Source: Chlorokybus atmophyticus
Lineage: Eukaryota; Plantae; Mesostigma and Chlorokybus algae
Direction of reading: 5' to 3'
Assembly: GCA_009103225.1 (NCBI GenBank)
Contig: RHPI01002048.1
Span: forward strand, 819,036-883,035
Length of the DNA: 64,000 bases
Below are positions 61,010 through 64,000 of the stretch, in pieces (the first letter of the stretch is position 1; every line of letters starts with the position of its first letter). The notes beneath the pieces were generated by a model. It made no database searches, was not told the DNA's origin, and saw only the letters and a program-made list of their open reading frames with translations. The translations under genes and the position numbers were made by a program.

Positions 61010-61489
61010 GCTTCCCTTGCTAGGTTGCAATGAAGACGGCGCCTCCCCAAGCTAATCACCAACTTGTTATCCTATTGTGTAGCTAGTGCTAGTGTGGGCC
61101 CATAACCTGTTGAGAGATTGCACAGTAGCAAGCTAAGCACACAATGCACAAAGTGTGGCGCCAAGAAACAAAGCAAAGTGGATCTAGTGTAATAAGCAAC
61201 ACACAGTGGCTTATATAGTACACTAGTCAACCATAAGTGGTACTAGTCAAAGTCAACACTAGTACACAATGGTCAAAGTCAAAGCGTGACTTCTGTAACG
61301 GCAGTTGACCGTAACTCCCGTAACCTCCATAACTCCCGTAGCTCCTTTAACCACTAGTCAAAGTCAAAGGTTGACCAGAGTTGACTTGTAACGACTGTAA
61401 CCGCCGTTTGACCATAACTGCTAAAAGATAAGTTGATCGTAGAAAAGTGACACGAAGATAATGGCTGACTCCATTCCTTCAACACCTAC

Positions 61490-61960
61490 AATGTGTCATT
61501 AAATACCTGATATTTCACATGCTGACAGAGCTGATGCACTGAACAGAGACATACACCCTGTTTGGTAGCACGACACTGAGCTCTGAACGGCATAGCTACA
61601 TCTTGAATAGGCGCTCTTGCACCACCTGCAATATCCGAATTATGCTGACAGAAGCTCTGTGCAAGCCCTCAGCGAGAAGAAACTTGCACATGCTGAGTGG
61701 GCAGCATATGCAAAAATAGCTGTGCCGGAGCTTGGCATGCGTTCTTGCACCTTTAATCTGCATATGATCTGCCAATATGCCAGCGAACAACAGCACGAGG
61801 CTAGGTAGCTGTTTGTAAACATCGAGTGGTGGGTGGAGCGGTACAATGGACGAGATAAGCGCAGCTGCAAGTACAGGGTCAACTCCTACCCAAAGAAGAT
61901 CATTGCAGAAGACATGGTGCAAGACCAGCGGATGATGCTGCTGGAGCCTTGACAGGCATC
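61490..61960 (+). pseudogene. Decayed CACTA-like (CMC) transposase remnant, 3' of the Copia insertion
   Basis: HAEWAAYAK...MRSCTFNLHMICQ...IEWWVERY resembles the C-terminal CT.NLH...E.W.ER block of CMC-type transposases. Contains stops. Confidence 0.45.
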
Positions 61961-62250
61961 ACATCATGAGCTTTTCCCCCAGCATGTATTTGCAGGCTTC
62001 ACCGTCGCATTTGAAGAGAACTGCGATTTCCTGCTGCTGTCCATGCATAAGCGGCACACTCTCAAGAACTGTTTGTGTGTGAGTGTAAGAGGTCGGGGGG
62101 TGCTGCCGCCCCCTTTGCTTCCCTACCCCAACACCACCACCAGCCACGCCGCCGTCTCACACCACCGCCGCCGCTACCAGGGCAGCTGCAAAAGATGCTC
62201 TGCCTATGGCGGCCGCTGCGTTAGCAGTGCCGCCATGCGGCTTATATGGG

Positions 62251-63190
<940 letters not shown>

Positions 63191-63599
63191 GTCACATCAT
63201 GCCGCCCCCAGCAACGTCGCACACACACCAACACCAATAAGCCTGGCTTGGCAGTGACTGCCAGTCACTGCCACACTGTTGCCACAGCCCGCGCTTGTCT
63301 CCACTAACGTCGCCGCCGTAGTACCTCGGCTGCCGCTCCCGCCGCTGCTGACCAGTGCTGCTGCACTGGCAACCTCAAAAAGGCTGCAGTTGGCCTTTTC
63401 AAGCCGCCGACCGGTGTTGGCCGATTGCGGCCAGCTTTTACCATTGTTTTTGGGGTTTTCCGGCCTCAAATTCGGCCTTTCCTCATTTTGCCAGCCGCAA
63501 GTCGCAGGGCCATCGATCTTATCCGACGGTCACCATAAGTTCGCGCGGCTTGCGAATCATGCCGCGGAAGGCCCTTTCTGGGCCTTTTTAGGCCCTGTT

Positions 63600-64000
63600 T
63601 GCAGCATCAGCTGCGCCCCTAACTTTGAAGGGGGTAATTCTCTCCACATTCACTGTTTCTTGCTTCAAAGAAGCTATGTGCTCAACTAAGATAGTTGTTT
63701 TGGCCGTGTTGTATATCTTCTTGATCACATAACCTCCTTTTCAATTGCCAGCAGCCCCTGCTGCTCTGGGACCGGTTCTCAGCATCACAGTTTGCCCAAC
63801 CTGCAACCACGCTAGTTGAGTTGGGTCAAGTGGTTGCTTCTTTTTGCAAAGTCCTCAATCTGCTTTTGCTGAGCTTGCTCAATATTCATCAGAGCTCGAT
63901 CATAAAGCCTGCTCACAGACTCTTGGCGTTTCAGTAGCAATGCAGCTAAGTCCGCCTCTCCCATTGTGGCATGATCCAATTCCTCTATCTCTGAGTTGCT
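63600..64000 (-). mobile_element. Second decayed Gypsy-like integrase C-terminal remnant (runs off the window)
   Basis: ALMNIEQAQQKQIEDFAKR and N*KGGYVIKKI...TVNVERITPF match the post-catalytic integrase pattern. Confidence 0.5.

Larger units (their letters stand above)
53790..61484 (-). mobile_element. Young Ty1/Copia (half-tRNA-primed, Osser/Hemivirus-like) composite insertion with three 377-bp LTRs
   Basis: LTRs at 53790-54166, 56765-57141 and 61108-61484 (1-3 differences among them). TSD CCTAC at 53785-53789 and 61485-61489. PBS GGTTATGGGCCCAC only at the right-hand LTR. PPT before the other two. Confidence 0.95.

Overview
Eukaryotic nuclear DNA, with GT-AG introns and a standard code (genes end in TAA/TAG/TGA). 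The organism is inferred to be a green alga or early streptophyte from the plant-type ERD2 C-terminus [12 protein letters not shown], a telo-box and a half-tRNA-primed Copia family. The window has two parts. Bases ~0.7-29.3 kb hold nine spliced genes, eight of them in four compact head-to-head pairs: ERD2 / class-IV aminotransferase, NAA35(MAK10) / NDPK1, organellar NDPK / FAM228-like, and TPK / POT1. An orphan gene, an RLE-type LINE remnant and a 935-N gap also lie here. Bases ~29.9-64 kb contain no recognisable host gene and form a nest of transposons: a 505-bp TRIM with TSD, a decayed CACTA element, a family of ~2.3-kb gag-only LTR retrotransposons (TR-GAG-like; five internal regions in tandem shared-LTR arrays plus one intact copy nested in a sister LTR), an intron-containing DIRS-like remnant, Gypsy remnants, and a young Copia insertion with three LTRs inside one TSD. 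In that Copia, a full 1283-aa gag-pol is followed by a gag/protease-less IN-RT-RH ORF whose ATG is created exactly at the LTR/internal junction. The best candidate for a new system is this Copia/TR-GAG complex: shared half-tRNA PBS, shared PPT, shared TTGAC-array LTR module, and gag-only and pol-only units side by side. All calls were made by eye, with no database searches.
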